Assembly (NCBI GenBank): GCA_963796055.1
Contig: CAWCKH010000004.1
Location: 672,001 to 736,000, forward strand
Source: an uncultured delta proteobacterium
GTDB taxonomy: Bacteria; Myxococcota; Myxococcia; Myxococcales; Myxococcaceae
Length of the DNA: 64,000 nucleotides
Reading direction: 5' to 3'
Positions 38,960-49,939 of the stretch are shown here, in pieces. Below the pieces are notes generated by a model. The model did no database searches and was not told the DNA's origin. It saw only the letters and a program-made list of their open reading frames with translations. Numbering within the stretch: position 1 is the first letter of the stretch; every line of letters begins with the position of its first letter. Position numbers and translations under genes: made by a program.

Positions 38960-39340
38960 GACCTCTCGTCGGACGCGCCCTCGCTGAGGACCTCCCGCGA
39001 GAGCTGCTCGATGCCGCCTCCGGTCCTCTCCAGCACCTCGGCCAGCCGCTCCACCACCGCGTCGAGAAGTCCGGTGAGGACCTTGAGAGGTGTCGTGCTC
39101 GGCCGGCTTCGCGTCGGGCCGGGCGGCGAACACCTGGAACGCGACCGGGTTCGCGTAGCGCACGGTCACCAGCCGCTCGGGGGTGAGGATGAAGCTCACC
39201 GCCGTGCTCTGGGGCTGTGGGGTGTCGGACCGGACGAGAAAGCGTCGCGGTCATGAACAGCACGTCCTTCTCCTGGTAGAGGCGGCTCGACGGCTCCAGG
39301 GCCTCCATCTCGTCGCGGGTGGGGATCTCCTGGCCGATAG
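38960..39340 (-). pseudogene. corA: Frameshifted internal fragment of a CorA magnesium transporter
   Basis: Joining three frames gives IPTRDEMEALEPSSRLYQEKDVLFMTATL/LVRSDTPQPQSTAVSFILTPERLVTVRY.../KVLTGLLDAVVERLAEVLE; shifts near 39240 and 39085; no N-terminus and no GMN/TM end. Confidence 0.8.
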
Positions 39341-39467
39341 GCGAAGCGCTGTCAGCCAAGAGTACGTGCTTCTTGCACTTTCTCTCTGCTTCCATGACTG
39401 CATCGCATGGACACTAGAATCCAATCCGGCCGCGGAGCTGCTGGCAGACTGTTAGGATTGCCGCACT

Positions 39468-41432
39468 GTGTCAGAGACCACCAACGTCTTCCGCGCCGAA
39501 CCCGACCCGGAGTGGCGAACGCGCTGGGCGCGGCTGCTCACCACCCCGGAGCAGGCAGTTCGTGCGCTCCGGCCGGGTCGCCGGATCCTCATCGGTTCCG
39601 GGGCTGCCGAGCCCACCCGGCTAGTGCAGGCGATGGTGGACGCCGCCTGGCAGCTCTCGGACAACGAGCTGGTCCATCTGCTGACGCTCGGGCCCGCGCC
39701 ATACACCGCGGCCGCCTGCGAGGGCCGGTTCCGGCACAACGCCTTCTTCATCGGGGCCAACGTCCGGGAGGCGGTCCAGGACGGGCGCGCGGACTTCACC
39801 CCGGTGTTCCTCTCGGAGATCCCCCATCTGTTGAAGTCCAGCCGGCTGCCCGTGGACGCGGCGCTCATCCAGGTGAGCCCGCCCGATGCGCACGGGATGG
39901 TGTCGCTCGGGGTGTCGGTGGACATCGTCCGGGCGGCGGTCGACTCGGCGCGGCTCATCCTCGCCGAGGTGAACCCGCGCATGCCGCGCACCCCCGGGGA
40001 CACGCTGCTCGACATTCGCCGGTGCAAGCACATCGTCGCGGTGGATACCCCGCTCCCCGAGCGCGAGCCGGCGGTGCGGGACGGGGTGAGCCACGCCATC
40101 GGCGAGCTGGTCGCCGACCTGGTGCCGGACGCGGCCACGCTGCAGATCGGCATCGGCGAGGTCCCGGCCGCGGTGCTGTCCTCGCTGAAGAACCACCACG
40201 ACCTCGGCATCCACACCGAGATGCTCTCCGACGGGGTGATGGAGCTGGCGAAGCTCGGGGTGGTCAACGGCCTGCGCAAGACGCTCGCCCCGGGGAAGAT
40301 GGTCGCCAGCTTCCTGATGGGTACCCGGGCGCTCTACCAATGGGCGCACGAGAACCCGGACCTCGAGCTCCGGGCCAGCGACTGGGTCAACGACCCCTAC
40401 GTCATCTCCCAGAACGTCCGGATGGTGTCGATCAACACTGCGCTCGCCGTGGACCTCACCGGTCAGGTCGCGGCCGACACGCTCGACGGCGGCTTCTACT
40501 CGGGCATCGGGGGCCAGGTGGACTTCATCCGGGGCGCCTCCCGGAGCTACGGGGGCCGGGCGCTCATCGTCCTGCCCTCGCTCGCCCGGGGCGACACGGT
40601 GAGCCGCATCCACCCCATCCTTCCCGAGGGCTCGGCGGTGGTGACCAGCCGCGGCGACGTGCGCTTCGTGGTCACCGAGTACGGGGTTGCCGACCTCTGG
40701 GGCAAGTCGGTGCGCGAGCGCGCGCTGGCCCTGACCGCCATCGCCCATCCGGACCACCGGGCCGAGCTCCTCGCCGCCGCCAAGCAGCGGCGATGGGTGT
40801 TCCAGGATCAGGCGGTGCCCAGGCCGCCGCTCGACGTCCGCTGCTGGGAGGAGAAGCTCCGGGACGGCCGGGAGATCCGCGTGCGCGCCGCCCGGCTGAC
40901 CGACGAGGGGAAGGTGCAGGAGCTGCTCTACGGCCTGTCGCCGGAGTCGGTCTACTCGCGCTACCACCACCTCCGCACCCGTTACCCGCGCGACGAGATC
41001 CAGGCGCTGCTCGACGCCGACCCGCAGCGCGGCTGCGCCTTCGTCGCCGAGCTGCCGGAGGACGGCACCCTCATCGGCCTCACCCGCTACGACCTCGATC
41101 CGGTCAGCGGCATCGGCGAGCTGGGCATCGTCATCGCCGACGCCTGGCAGCGGAAGGGCGTGGGCAGCGCGCTGATGCGGCGGATGGTCGAGGTGGGCAA
41201 GGCGCACGGGCTGAAGGGCCTCAGGGCCGACGTGCTGGCGGTGAACTCGGCGATGATCGCCCTGCTCCGCGACGTGGGCGCCGACGAGGTCCCGCCCCCG
41301 GACGGCGGGGTGGTGGACGTGGAGTTCCGGTTCAAGGAGTTCCAGGCTCCAGCCGCACCCGCCGCCGCGCCGGGCCCGGCCGAGCCGGTGCCGGTCAGTG
41401 GCCGGCCGCCTCGGCCACAGCCGGTGACCTGA
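39468..41432 (+). CDS. Acetyl-CoA hydrolase/4-hydroxybutyrate CoA-transferase fused to a C-terminal GNAT domain
   Basis: IGSGAAEP, FFIGANVR, LQIGIG, GIHTEM, VDLTGQV, SGIGGQVDFIRGA, VVTEYGVADL; C-terminal IADAWQRKGVGSALM...N..M. Confidence 0.92.
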   Translation: MSETTNVFRAEPDPEWRTRWARLLTTPEQAVRALRPGRRILIGSGAAEPTRLVQAMVDAAWQLSDNELVHLLTLGPAPYTAAACEGRFRHNAFFIGANVREAVQDGRADFTPVFLSEIPHLLKSSRLPVDAALIQVSPPDAHGMVSLGVSVDIVRAAVDSARLILAEVNPRMPRTPGDTLLDIRRCKHIVAVDTPLPEREPAVRDGVSHAIGELVADLVPDAATLQIGIGEVPAAVLSSLKNHHDLGIHTEMLSDGVMELAKLGVVNGLRKTLAPGKMVASFLMGTRALYQWAHENPDLELRASDWVNDPYVISQNVRMVSINTALAVDLTGQVAADTLDGGFYSGIGGQVDFIRGASRSYGGRALIVLPSLARGDTVSRIHPILPEGSAVVTSRGDVRFVVTEYGVADLWGKSVRERALALTAIAHPDHRAELLAAAKQRRWVFQDQAVPRPPLDVRCWEEKLRDGREIRVRAARLTDEGKVQELLYGLSPESVYSRYHHLRTRYPRDEIQALLDADPQRGCAFVAELPEDGTLIGLTRYDLDPVSGIGELGIVIADAWQRKGVGSALMRRMVEVGKAHGLKGLRADVLAVNSAMIALLRDVGADEVPPPDGGVVDVEFRFKEFQAPAAPAAAPGPAEPVPVSGRPPRPQPVT

Positions 41433-41606
41433 CCTCCGCCGGGGCAGTGGGGTGGACACCACAGGCGTCCGGCGCCCGACGCCGCCCGGGTGGGAAGCGT
41501 TGGGCAGGCGCGGCGGCGTGAATGCCGCACGTTCCGCGTGCGTTCCCGAGTGGTGATCTACCCGCCTGTTGCTGGAGGGGGTCGTCCCGCTAGCCTAGGA
41601 GGCGCC

Positions 41607-43628
41607 TTGCGTCCTCTCGTCCTGCTCGCGTTGGTCTCGGCGTCGTCGCTCGCCGCACCGTCGTTCTCCACCGAAGCCGCCGGCACGCTGGGACGCCCGG
41701 ACCTGGCGTCCTCCAGCCGCATCCACACCCTGGTGCAGCTCGATGGCAGGCGGGTGGTGGCCATCGACGCCGCGGGCTTCGCGCGGCTCTGGGACGTGGC
41801 CGACTGGCAGCAGCTCGGCGTGGCCTCGCCCGGGACGCGGGCGAACATCGGTCCCGGCGGTCTCGCGCTTCCTGGTGAGCGAGGCGGATGTCTCCTCGCG
41901 CCCCCGCTGGCGACCACGCGGGACGGGCGGCTGGTCACCGCCGAAGGGCTCGCGCTCCGGGTCTGCGACCCCACCGGGCAGCGGCCGCCGCGCGATCTCC
42001 CCGTCCCTGGGGTGGACGGGACCACGGCCCTTGCGACCGCTTCCGACGGCTCGGCAGCGTTCCGGGCGACGCCCGAGGGCGACGTGGAGCTCATCCCGTT
42101 CGAGGGTGGTCAGCTGAGCCGCTTCCACGCGCAGGACGGGCGCATCCTCACGCTGCAGCCCACCACCGACGGGCGCCTTCTCACCGCGGGGGAGGACGGC
42201 ACCGTTCGCGGCTACGACCGGCACGGCGGAAGCTTCCGGCTCGACGTGCTCCGAGGGCGCGGGCGGCCGTGCGAGGGCGAGTCGCTGCGCGCGCTCACCT
42301 TCTCCGACGACGGCACGCTGGCGCTGGTCTCGGCGGTGACCGGGGGCGAGGAGTGCGAGGAGGCGCGGACCTCCGGGGCGCTCCGGCTCATCGAGCTGCC
42401 CACCGGGCGCATCCGCTGGGAGATCCGCCCGGTACAGGTGACCGCCGCCCTGTTCGCCGCCGACGGCTCGGTGCTGGTCGCCGCCGCCGGTCAGGTGCAT
42501 GACCGGGTGGACCCGATCTCCACGACCCTGGTCCGGCTCGATGTCCGGAACGGGGCCCCCACCGCGCCACCGGCCGGGCACCGGGCCCAGGTCACCGCGC
42601 TGCGCTTCTCGTCGGACGGGGCGCGGCTCGCCTCGGGAGACGCGACCGGCGTCTGGTCGGTGTGGGACGTGGGCACGCGGGCGCAGCGGGTGTCTGCCGC
42701 GGTGCCCGGAGGTGCCCTGGTGGATCTCCGCTTCACCCCCGGCTCGGAGACGCTGGTCTCGCAGCACGAGGACGACTCGGTCCGGACCTGGCGCCTGGCC
42801 GACGGCGCGGCGGGACTGGTGCTGGTCCCGCCTCCGGCGCCCGACCCCGTGCGCTCGACGCCCGCCTGCGCCTCGGCCCAGGCACAGGTGGCGGAGCTGA
42901 TGCGCCCGGCGGCCGACAGTGTGCTCGGGGTGCGTGACCCGTCGGCCTGGACCGGGCTGCAGACGGTGCCGGAGCTGGTGCTCTCGTCCGACGGCGAGAA
43001 CGTGCTGGCGCCGGTGGCCGAGGAGTCCTGCGTGAGCCTGCTCCGCAGTGGCTGCTCAATCGGCTGCAGCCGCCACTACCATCTGGAGCGGGTGGCGGTG
43101 CGCACCGGGCGGAGGGTGCAGACCTTGCCGGTGGACCAGGAGCTGCTCGGCGGCTGTGTCCCGCCGGGTGGCGCCTTCGTCACCCGGGGCGAGCGCGGGG
43201 GCATCCAGCTCCGCGACGCCGATGGCGAGCCGCTGGCGCGGGCGGGGAGCAAGCTGGGCAAGGTGATGGCTTGCGAGGCGACGCCGGACGGCAAGCGGAT
43301 GCTGCTCGCCTCGTCGAAGCTGCTCGGGTTCTGGGAGGTGGGCCGGCCGACGATGCGCGACGCGGTGCCGCGCCGGGCGCGGACCGGTGGACCGGTGGCG
43401 CTGTCTCCGCGCGGGGACGTGAGCGTGGACGCGGACGGGCCGGAGCTGCGGCTCCGGGCGTGGCCGTCGGGCGCGGTGGCGGGGCGGCTCTCGCTCGCGC
43501 TGCAGGACGACTTCCCGACCTCGGCGACGTTCTCGCCGGATGGGCGGATGCTGGCGGTGGGGACGGCCCGCGGGGTGATTCACCTCATCCGCATCGGCGG
43601 CCCGATGGTCACCGCCCGCCGCCCGTAG
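41607..43628 (+). CDS. Secreted WD40-repeat beta-propeller protein
   Basis: AGGAGG before TTG 41607, signal peptide, GHRAQVTALRFSSDGARLASGD..VWD, FSPDGRMLAVG. Confidence 0.8.
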   Translation: MRPLVLLALVSASSLAAPSFSTEAAGTLGRPDLASSSRIHTLVQLDGRRVVAIDAAGFARLWDVADWQQLGVASPGTRANIGPGGLALPGERGGCLLAPPLATTRDGRLVTAEGLALRVCDPTGQRPPRDLPVPGVDGTTALATASDGSAAFRATPEGDVELIPFEGGQLSRFHAQDGRILTLQPTTDGRLLTAGEDGTVRGYDRHGGSFRLDVLRGRGRPCEGESLRALTFSDDGTLALVSAVTGGEECEEARTSGALRLIELPTGRIRWEIRPVQVTAALFAADGSVLVAAAGQVHDRVDPISTTLVRLDVRNGAPTAPPAGHRAQVTALRFSSDGARLASGDATGVWSVWDVGTRAQRVSAAVPGGALVDLRFTPGSETLVSQHEDDSVRTWRLADGAAGLVLVPPPAPDPVRSTPACASAQAQVAELMRPAADSVLGVRDPSAWTGLQTVPELVLSSDGENVLAPVAEESCVSLLRSGCSIGCSRHYHLERVAVRTGRRVQTLPVDQELLGGCVPPGGAFVTRGERGGIQLRDADGEPLARAGSKLGKVMACEATPDGKRMLLASSKLLGFWEVGRPTMRDAVPRRARTGGPVALSPRGDVSVDADGPELRLRAWPSGAVAGRLSLALQDDFPTSATFSPDGRMLAVGTARGVIHLIRIGGPMVTARRP

Positions 43629-43637
43629 ACCGCTCCG

Positions 43638-44126
43638 GTGAGGGCAGTGGGCTCGCTCTCCCCGTCACGCGACCGGGTCCGCCGCAGCGTGCTCCGGATT
43701 CTGGGAGAGAACGTCCTCTGCGCGGTCTCGACCGTGGGCGCCGGCGGCCGGGCCCACGTCCACATCTGCTATTTCGCCTTCTCCACCGACCTGCGGCTGT
43801 TCTTCATCTCCGATCCTCGATCGCGGCACGCGGCCAATCTTCGCCTTCGCCGTTCGGCGGCGGTCGCCGTCTTCTCCTCGACGCAGACCTGGGGCGGACC
43901 GGACCGGGGCGTACAGCTCTTCGGGACCTGTACCCGGGTTTCGCCGCCCGCCACCAAAGCGGGGTGGCGGGTCTATCAGGAGCGCTTCCCGGACTCGGCG
44001 ACGCACCGTTCGGCCCGGAGGCTCGCGCTCTACCAGTTCCGGACGCGCCGGCTGGCGCTGCTGGACGAGCGGGAATTCGGGGACGGGGTGCTGGTCCAGC
44101 TCTCCGCGGAAGGCCTGCGGGGGTGA
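43638..44126 (+). CDS. Pyridoxamine 5'-phosphate oxidase-like FMN-binding split-barrel protein
   Basis: LCAVST, YFAF, LFFISDPRSRHAANL, RGVQLFG; start uncertain. Confidence 0.72.
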   Translation: MRAVGSLSPSRDRVRRSVLRILGENVLCAVSTVGAGGRAHVHICYFAFSTDLRLFFISDPRSRHAANLRLRRSAAVAVFSSTQTWGGPDRGVQLFGTCTRVSPPATKAGWRVYQERFPDSATHRSARRLALYQFRTRRLALLDEREFGDGVLVQLSAEGLRG

Positions 44127-44127
44127 A

Positions 44128-45963
44128 TCACTCCACCGTCACGCTCTTCGCCAGATTCCGCGGCTGGTCCACGTCCGTCCCCCGCAGGTCGGCCACGTGG
44201 TACGCGAGCAGCTGCAGTGGCACCGCGGTGACGATCGGCCCGAGCAGCGCCGAGCTCGCCGGAAGTCGGATGACGTCGTCGGCGAGCGAGGCCACGGCGG
44301 TGTCGTCCTCGTCCACCACCGCGATGACCTTTCCGCCGCGCGCCCGGACCTCCTCCACGTTACCCACGATCTTCTCGTAGGGCACGCGCGGCTCACGCGG
44401 GGCGAGCACCACCACCGGCATCTTCTCGTCGATGAGCGCGATGGGACCGTGCTTCATCTCGCCCCCGGCGTAACCTTCGGCGTGGATGTACGAGATCTCC
44501 TTCAGCTTCAGCGCGCCCTCCAGCGCCACCGGGTACATCGGCCCGCGGCCGAGGAAGAGGAAATCCTGCGCGGCCTGGTACGTCCGGGCGATGTGCTTGA
44601 CCGCGCCCTCGCAATGGAGCGCCTCCTCCACGCGCTTGGGGATCTCGGTGAGGTGGGTGAGCAGCTCCTGCGCCGGTCCCACGTCCAGCGTCCCCCGGAG
44701 CCGCCCCAGCTTCACCGCCAAGAGATAGAGCGCCGCGAGCTGGGTGGTGAACGCCTTGGTCGAGGCGACACCGATCTCCGGACCGGCGTTGGTCAACACC
44801 GTGAGATCCGCCTCACGGGTCATCGCGCTGCCCACCACGTTGCACAGCGCGACCGTCCGCGCGCCCCGGGCCTTCGCCTCGCGGAGCGCGCACAGCGTGT
44901 CCAGCGTCTCGCCCGACTGGCTGATCGCCACGGCCAGCTGCCCTGGGTCGATGAGCGGGTCGCGATAGCGAAACTCCGAGGCCAGCTCCACGTCCACCGG
45001 GATGCGGGCCAGCGACTCGATCATCGCCCGGCCGGCCAGCCCGGAGTGCCAGGACGTGCCGCAGGCCAGCAAGGTGATCCGGGACAGCGCCTTCACGTCC
45101 TCCGGCCCCAGCGTCCAGCCCTCGAAGAAGACGTCGCCCTCGGAGAGGAGCACCCGGCCGCGCAGCGTGTCCGCCAGCGCCCGCGGCTGCTCCCAGATCT
45201 CCTTGTGCATGAAGTGCTTGTGGCCGCCCTTCTCCGCCATCATCGGCGTCCAGTCGATGCGGCGGGTCGGCCGGTTCACCGCCCGGCCCTCGCGGTCGAA
45301 CACGTCGACCCGGGTGCGGCTCAGCACCGCCAGGTCTCCCTCCTCGAGGAACACCATGTCCCGGGTGTGCTCGAGCAGCGCCGGCACGTCGCTGGCCACG
45401 AAGTTCTGGCCCTCGGACAGGCCCACCACCATCGGCGAGCTGTCCTTGGTGGCGACGATCCTTTCCGGATCCCTGGCCCACACCACCGCCAGCCCGTAGG
45501 TGCCCTTCACCTGCCCCACGGCCCCGCGGACCGCCTCGGGCAGGTCCTTGCCCTCGCGGAGCTGGGCGGCGATGAGGTGCGCGAACACCTCGGTGTCGGT
45601 CTCGCTGGCGAAGACATGGCCCCGTGCGCGGAGCATCGCCTTCAGCTCGAGGTGGTTCTCGATGATGCCGTTGTGCACCACCGCCACCCCGTCATAGGTG
45701 TGCGGGTGCGCGTTCTCGTCGGTGGGACGCCCGTGGGTCGCCCAGCGCGTGTGGCCGATGCCCAGCGTCCCCGAGGGAGGCTCGGCCCCGATCCGCAGCT
45801 CGAGGTTCTTCAGCTTCCCGGTGGCCCGGACCACGGTCAGCTTCCCGCCGTTCACCACCGCCAGACCCGCCGAGTCGTACCCGCGATACTCGAGCTTCTT
45901 CAGGCCGGAGACCAGGATGGGCGCGGACTGCTGCTCCCCGATGTAGCCGACGATGCCGCACAT
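44128..45963 (-). CDS. glmS: Glutamine--fructose-6-phosphate aminotransferase
   Basis: MCGIVG, LEYRGYDSAG, GHTRWATHG, SQSGET, GPEIGVASTK, EGALKLKEISYIHAEG, DQPRNLAKSVTVE. Confidence 0.99.
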   Translation of the reverse strand: MCGIVGYIGEQQSAPILVSGLKKLEYRGYDSAGLAVVNGGKLTVVRATGKLKNLELRIGAEPPSGTLGIGHTRWATHGRPTDENAHPHTYDGVAVVHNGIIENHLELKAMLRARGHVFASETDTEVFAHLIAAQLREGKDLPEAVRGAVGQVKGTYGLAVVWARDPERIVATKDSSPMVVGLSEGQNFVASDVPALLEHTRDMVFLEEGDLAVLSRTRVDVFDREGRAVNRPTRRIDWTPMMAEKGGHKHFMHKEIWEQPRALADTLRGRVLLSEGDVFFEGWTLGPEDVKALSRITLLACGTSWHSGLAGRAMIESLARIPVDVELASEFRYRDPLIDPGQLAVAISQSGETLDTLCALREAKARGARTVALCNVVGSAMTREADLTVLTNAGPEIGVASTKAFTTQLAALYLLAVKLGRLRGTLDVGPAQELLTHLTEIPKRVEEALHCEGAVKHIARTYQAAQDFLFLGRGPMYPVALEGALKLKEISYIHAEGYAGGEMKHGPIALIDEKMPVVVLAPREPRVPYEKIVGNVEEVRARGGKVIAVVDEDDTAVASLADDVIRLPASSALLGPIVTAVPLQLLAYHVADLRGTDVDQPRNLAKSVTVE

Positions 45964-46070
45964 GTGTTCGTTCGTTCCTCCGGCCCGTCAGCGTGTCGCC
46001 CGGTCCCCCTGGAGAGCGGAAGCTGGGCCCGGGAGCCGCGGCCGACAAGCCTCCCGCACGGCCCCGGACA

Positions 46071-47468
46071 CTAGCGCCGTCCGGGCGACTTGGCGCGACG
46101 GCGGCTCGGCCAGCCCTCCTTCACGATTCGAGGAGCACGGGAGATGACCAGGGTGTCAGGCGGGACATCCTCGGTGACGGTGGTGCCGGCGCCGACGTAG
46201 CTCCCTTCGCCCACTTTCACCGGCGCGACCAGCTGGCTGTCCGACCCGATGAACACGCCATCACCGATCTCGGTGAGGTGCTTGGCGAACCCGTCGTAGT
46301 TGCAGGTGATCGTCCCGGCGCCGACGTTCACCTTCGCCCCGATGACGCTGTCCCCGAGGTAGCAGTGGTGGTGCGCCTTGGTGCCCGGTCCGATGCGGAC
46401 CTTCTTGGTCTCGGCGAAGTTCCCCAGCTCGACCGCCTCGGCCAGCTCGGTGCCCGGCCGCATCCGGGCGAAGGGACCGATGAGGCAACGCGCGCCGATC
46501 TTCGAGTCGGTCGCCACCGAGTACGGAAGGACGGTCGTGGCGTCGCCCACCTCGGTCGAGGTGAACACCGAGCCTTGCCCCAGCGTCACCCCACGCCCGA
46601 TGCGCGTCTTGCCGCGGAGCGAGACGTTCGGCTCGATGACCGTGTCCGGTCCGATGGTCACCTCCGGCTCGATGGTGACCGAGTCCGGGTCGTCGATGGT
46701 GACCCCGGCGCGCATGTGCTCGAGGTTGACGCGCTGGCGGAGCACGCGTGCGCAGGCGGCGAGGTCGGCCCGGTCGTTGACTCCGGCGGTGTCCTCGAAG
46801 TCCGCGCTGACCGAGCCCACCTCGCCCCGCTGGGCGGCGAGCGCGACCAGGTCGGTCAGGTAGTACTCGCCCTGGGCGTTCGCCGGCCTCAGCTGCGCCA
46901 GGCCCTCGCGGAGGAACGCGGCGTCGATGGCGTACACGCCCGCGTTCACCTCGCGGATGGACTGCTGGTCCGCAGTGCAGTCCTTCTCCTCGACGATGCC
47001 GCTGATGCGTCCGGAGACGCGAAGCACGCGGCCGTAGCCGTTCGGGTCGGGGGCCACCGTGCTCACCAGCGCCAGCGGCGCGGTCCCCCGGCGGAAGGCG
47101 TCGACCAGCGCGCGGAGCGTTGATTCCCGGAGCAGCGGCGTGTCGCCGTAGAGGACGAGCACCGGCCCGCTGACGCCGTCGAGGACGCCGAGCGCCGTCC
47201 GGACCGCATCGGCGGTTCCCCGCTGGTCGAGCTGGGTGGCGAACCGGAGCGGCTGGCCCGGAAAGCGCATCTCGAGGGTGGTGCGCACCTGCTCCCCCTG
47301 GTGACCCACCACGGCCACCACCGGATTGCAGCCGAGCGCCAGTGCGCGGCCCACTGGCCACGCGGCCAGTGGTTGGCCGAGGACGGGGTGCAGCACCTTC
47401 GCCGTCTCGGACTTCATGCGGGTCCCCTTCCCCGCGCACAGCACCACCGCCGCCAGGTGTTCGCTCAT
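46071..47468 (-). CDS. glmU: Bifunctional UDP-GlcNAc pyrophosphorylase/glucosamine-1-P acetyltransferase
   Basis: [37 protein letters not shown], hexapeptide repeats, [11 protein letters not shown]. Confidence 0.98.
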   Translation of the reverse strand: MSEHLAAVVLCAGKGTRMKSETAKVLHPVLGQPLAAWPVGRALALGCNPVVAVVGHQGEQVRTTLEMRFPGQPLRFATQLDQRGTADAVRTALGVLDGVSGPVLVLYGDTPLLRESTLRALVDAFRRGTAPLALVSTVAPDPNGYGRVLRVSGRISGIVEEKDCTADQQSIREVNAGVYAIDAAFLREGLAQLRPANAQGEYYLTDLVALAAQRGEVGSVSADFEDTAGVNDRADLAACARVLRQRVNLEHMRAGVTIDDPDSVTIEPEVTIGPDTVIEPNVSLRGKTRIGRGVTLGQGSVFTSTEVGDATTVLPYSVATDSKIGARCLIGPFARMRPGTELAEAVELGNFAETKKVRIGPGTKAHHHCYLGDSVIGAKVNVGAGTITCNYDGFAKHLTEIGDGVFIGSDSQLVAPVKVGEGSYVGAGTTVTEDVPPDTLVISRAPRIVKEGWPSRRRAKSPGRR

Positions 47469-47634
47469 CGTGGCCAGGCAGATTGCAAGGCGGCTGCCGC
47501 GGGCGTCAAACGCCGCGTGCCTCCTCACAGCGTGAGGAAGACGTTCAGCTTGACCAGGAACACGTCCTCCCCTGGCTCCACCAGCGCGCGGCGGAGCTGA
47601 GGCGGCGGCTGCCGTCCCCGCACCCTGGCACGCC

Positions 47635-47967
47635 TCACCGCGGGGCCCGGGCGCCGCGGACCAGGAGGCGCGCGGCACGGAACGCCTGAAGCGCCTCGGG
47701 GTCTCGCCGGGCATCGCGGAGCAGCCGCGCGCGCTGGCGGAGCACGCAGGCCAGCGGCACCTTGAGCTCGCGCGGGAGTCCGGCCAGCGGCGCCTCACCG
47801 AAGAGGCACAGTGCCCCGGCGTCCATCCCGGTGAGCCGCCCGGTGATGGCGTCGATCTGCTTTAGCGCCTCGTCGCGACGTCCCTCCCGCCGCAGGCGCA
47901 GCACCGCCGCCAGCAACTCGGCCAGCTGGCGCACCAGGCGCATGATCACGTCGCGTTCGGTCAGCAT
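47635..47967 (-). CDS. Small helical hypothetical protein
   Basis: [24 protein letters not shown]-terminal motif; divergent from the mod operon. Confidence 0.65.
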   Translation of the reverse strand: MLTERDVIMRLVRQLAELLAAVLRLRREGRRDEALKQIDAITGRLTGMDAGALCLFGEAPLAGLPRELKVPLACVLRQRARLLRDARRDPEALQAFRAARLLVRGARAPR

Positions 47968-48030
47968 CCGCGCCAGCAGGATGCAGCAAGTCGTGGGTGG
48001 GTGGGGAGTCCCTGGTACCGAGGTGGTACC

Positions 48031-48072
48031 GAGGTGTTTGACACCTCGAAAGTCAAGTGGACTTGACACGGG
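48031..48072 (+). promoter_or_regulatory. 42-bp promoter/operator element, copy 1, upstream of the molybdate regulator
   Basis: GAGGTGTTTGACACCTCGAAAGTCAAGTGGACTTGACACGGG contains two palindromes and TTGACA; 40/42 identical to 50629-50670. Confidence 0.8.
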
Positions 48073-48098
48073 CTTCCCCCGGGGTCGAGTCTCGGTCG

Positions 48099-49133
48099 AT
48101 GGCTGCGCGCGTCCCGAGCGCACTGCGTGAACGGCGGATGCTGCATGGCTGGTCGCAGGACCAGCTGGCCCGGGCGGCAGGAGTGAGCCGTCAGGCGCTC
48201 AACGCGCTCGAGCGTGGACACGCCCAGCCGTCGGTCGAGACCGCGCTGGCGCTCGCCACGCTTCTCGGGACCAGCGTCGAGCAGCTCTTCGGCCGGGGCC
48301 GCGAGGCGCCGGTCCCCCTCCCTGCTCGGGCGGGCCCGCCCGGGACCCGGTTGCTCCTGGCCGAGGTGGCAGGCCGGGTGCAATGCCATGCCCTGGACCC
48401 CAGCTCGGGCGAGCCCGCCGATGCGCTGGTCGAGGACGCGCGCCTCCCGCCAGCACTGCTCGAGCCGGAGCGCTGGCGACGCACGCTCCTGGTCGCCGGA
48501 TGCGACCCGGCGCTCCGGATGCTCGCGGTGCGCTCTGGCAACGCGCGCTGGCTGAGCGTCGGGACCGGTCGGGCGGTGGACCTGCTCGTTCACCGTCGGG
48601 TGCACGTCGTGGGCGTCCACTCCCTTACCGAGCGCGACCGGCGACGGGTCCGCGGCACCCTGCTGGTCCACCTCGCCACCTGGCCTCTCGGACTTGCCCT
48701 GCGCCGCGGGAATCCCCGCGGCATCCGCGGCATCGTCGATCTCGGTCGCCCCGACGTCCGGCTTGTCAACCGGGAGCGCGGCGCCTCGGCCCGGGTGCTC
48801 CTCGACCGGCTCCTCGCCGACGTGGGGCTCTCGCCCGCGGCGGTACGCGGGTACGCGGACGAGGTCCAGGGACACGAGGCGGTCGCCCAGGCGGTGGCGC
48901 TCGGGGCAGCGGACGTCGGGCTCACCACGCAGGCGGCAGCCGCCGCGCACGGGCTGGAGCTCCGGCAGCTCTCCGAGGAGAGCTTCAACCTCGTCGTGAG
49001 ACCCGACGAGCTGGCCCGGCCCGGGGTGCAGGGCCTTCTGGTCACCGCTCGCACCCCGGGATTCCGTCGTGACGTGGGGGCCCTGCCGGGGTACGGGACC
49101 GCTCGCTCCGGGCAGCCGGTGGGCCTGACGTGA
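48099..49133 (+). CDS. XRE-family HTH regulator with C-terminal molybdate-binding PBP-like domain
   Basis: [65 protein letters not shown]. Confidence 0.88.
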   Translation: MAARVPSALRERRMLHGWSQDQLARAAGVSRQALNALERGHAQPSVETALALATLLGTSVEQLFGRGREAPVPLPARAGPPGTRLLLAEVAGRVQCHALDPSSGEPADALVEDARLPPALLEPERWRRTLLVAGCDPALRMLAVRSGNARWLSVGTGRAVDLLVHRRVHVVGVHSLTERDRRRVRGTLLVHLATWPLGLALRRGNPRGIRGIVDLGRPDVRLVNRERGASARVLLDRLLADVGLSPAAVRGYADEVQGHEAVAQAVALGAADVGLTTQAAAAAHGLELRQLSEESFNLVVRPDELARPGVQGLLVTARTPGFRRDVGALPGYGTARSGQPVGLT

Positions 49134-49939
49134 GTGGGCGTGGAGGGACCAGCCTGCTCCGGATGGTCCCAGCAACGGCAGCACTGCTGATGGTCGGGGT
49201 GCTGGCCATCCCGCTGCTGGCGCTGCTGCTCTCCACCGCCCCGGGTGAGCTCCTGGATGGGCTCCGGCACCCGCTCGCGCTCTCCGCGCTCCGGCTCAGC
49301 CTCTTCACCACGTCGGTGAGCCTCGGGCTGACGCTTCTCCTCGGAACGCCACTGGCCTGGTGGATGGCGCGACACCCCGGCCCTGTCGAGCGCGCCGCCT
49401 CCATCGTGGTGCAGCTCCCCATCGTCGTGCCACCCGCGGTGTCGGGCCTGGCCCTGCTGCTGGCGTTCGGCCGCCGGGGCCTCCTCGGGCCACTCCTGGA
49501 CCGCGCGGGCTGGGCGCTGCCCTTCACCACCGCGGCCGTGGTGCTGGCCGAGCTCTTCGTCTCGGCGCCGTTCTACGTCCAGTCGGCGGCGGCGGCGTTC
49601 AGGCGGCTTGACGAGGACCTCCTGTGGGCGGCCCGGAGCCTCGGGGCTGGTCCGGCGCGCCGCTTCTTCCAGGTGGCGCTCCCGCTCAGCCGACCGGGCG
49701 TGGTCACCGGCGCGGCCCTGAGCTGGGCCCGCGCCCTGGGTGAGTTCGGGGCGACCCTGATGTTCGCCGGCAACCTCCAGGGCCGCACCCAGACCCTGCC
49801 GCTGGCGATCTACACCGCGCTGGAGACCGACCTCCGACCGGCCAAGGCGCTCAGCGTGGTGATGGTGATGGTGGCGCTCGCGGTGCTGGGGGTGCTCGGC
49901 CGGGGCACGGTGCTCGAGGCGGTCCGTGCTCGACCTTGA
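49130..49939 (+). CDS. modB: Molybdate ABC transporter permease
   Basis: [54 protein letters not shown]. Confidence 0.93.
   Translation: MSGRGGTSLLRMVPATAALLMVGVLAIPLLALLLSTAPGELLDGLRHPLALSALRLSLFTTSVSLGLTLLLGTPLAWWMARHPGPVERAASIVVQLPIVVPPAVSGLALLLAFGRRGLLGPLLDRAGWALPFTTAAVVLAELFVSAPFYVQSAAAAFRRLDEDLLWAARSLGAGPARRFFQVALPLSRPGVVTGAALSWARALGEFGATLMFAGNLQGRTQTLPLAIYTALETDLRPAKALSVVMVMVALAVLGVLGRGTVLEAVRARP

Noticed and set aside
45964..46070. glmS ribozyme upstream of glmS
   Set aside because: Short glmU-glmS intergenic region with no recognisable conserved ribozyme core
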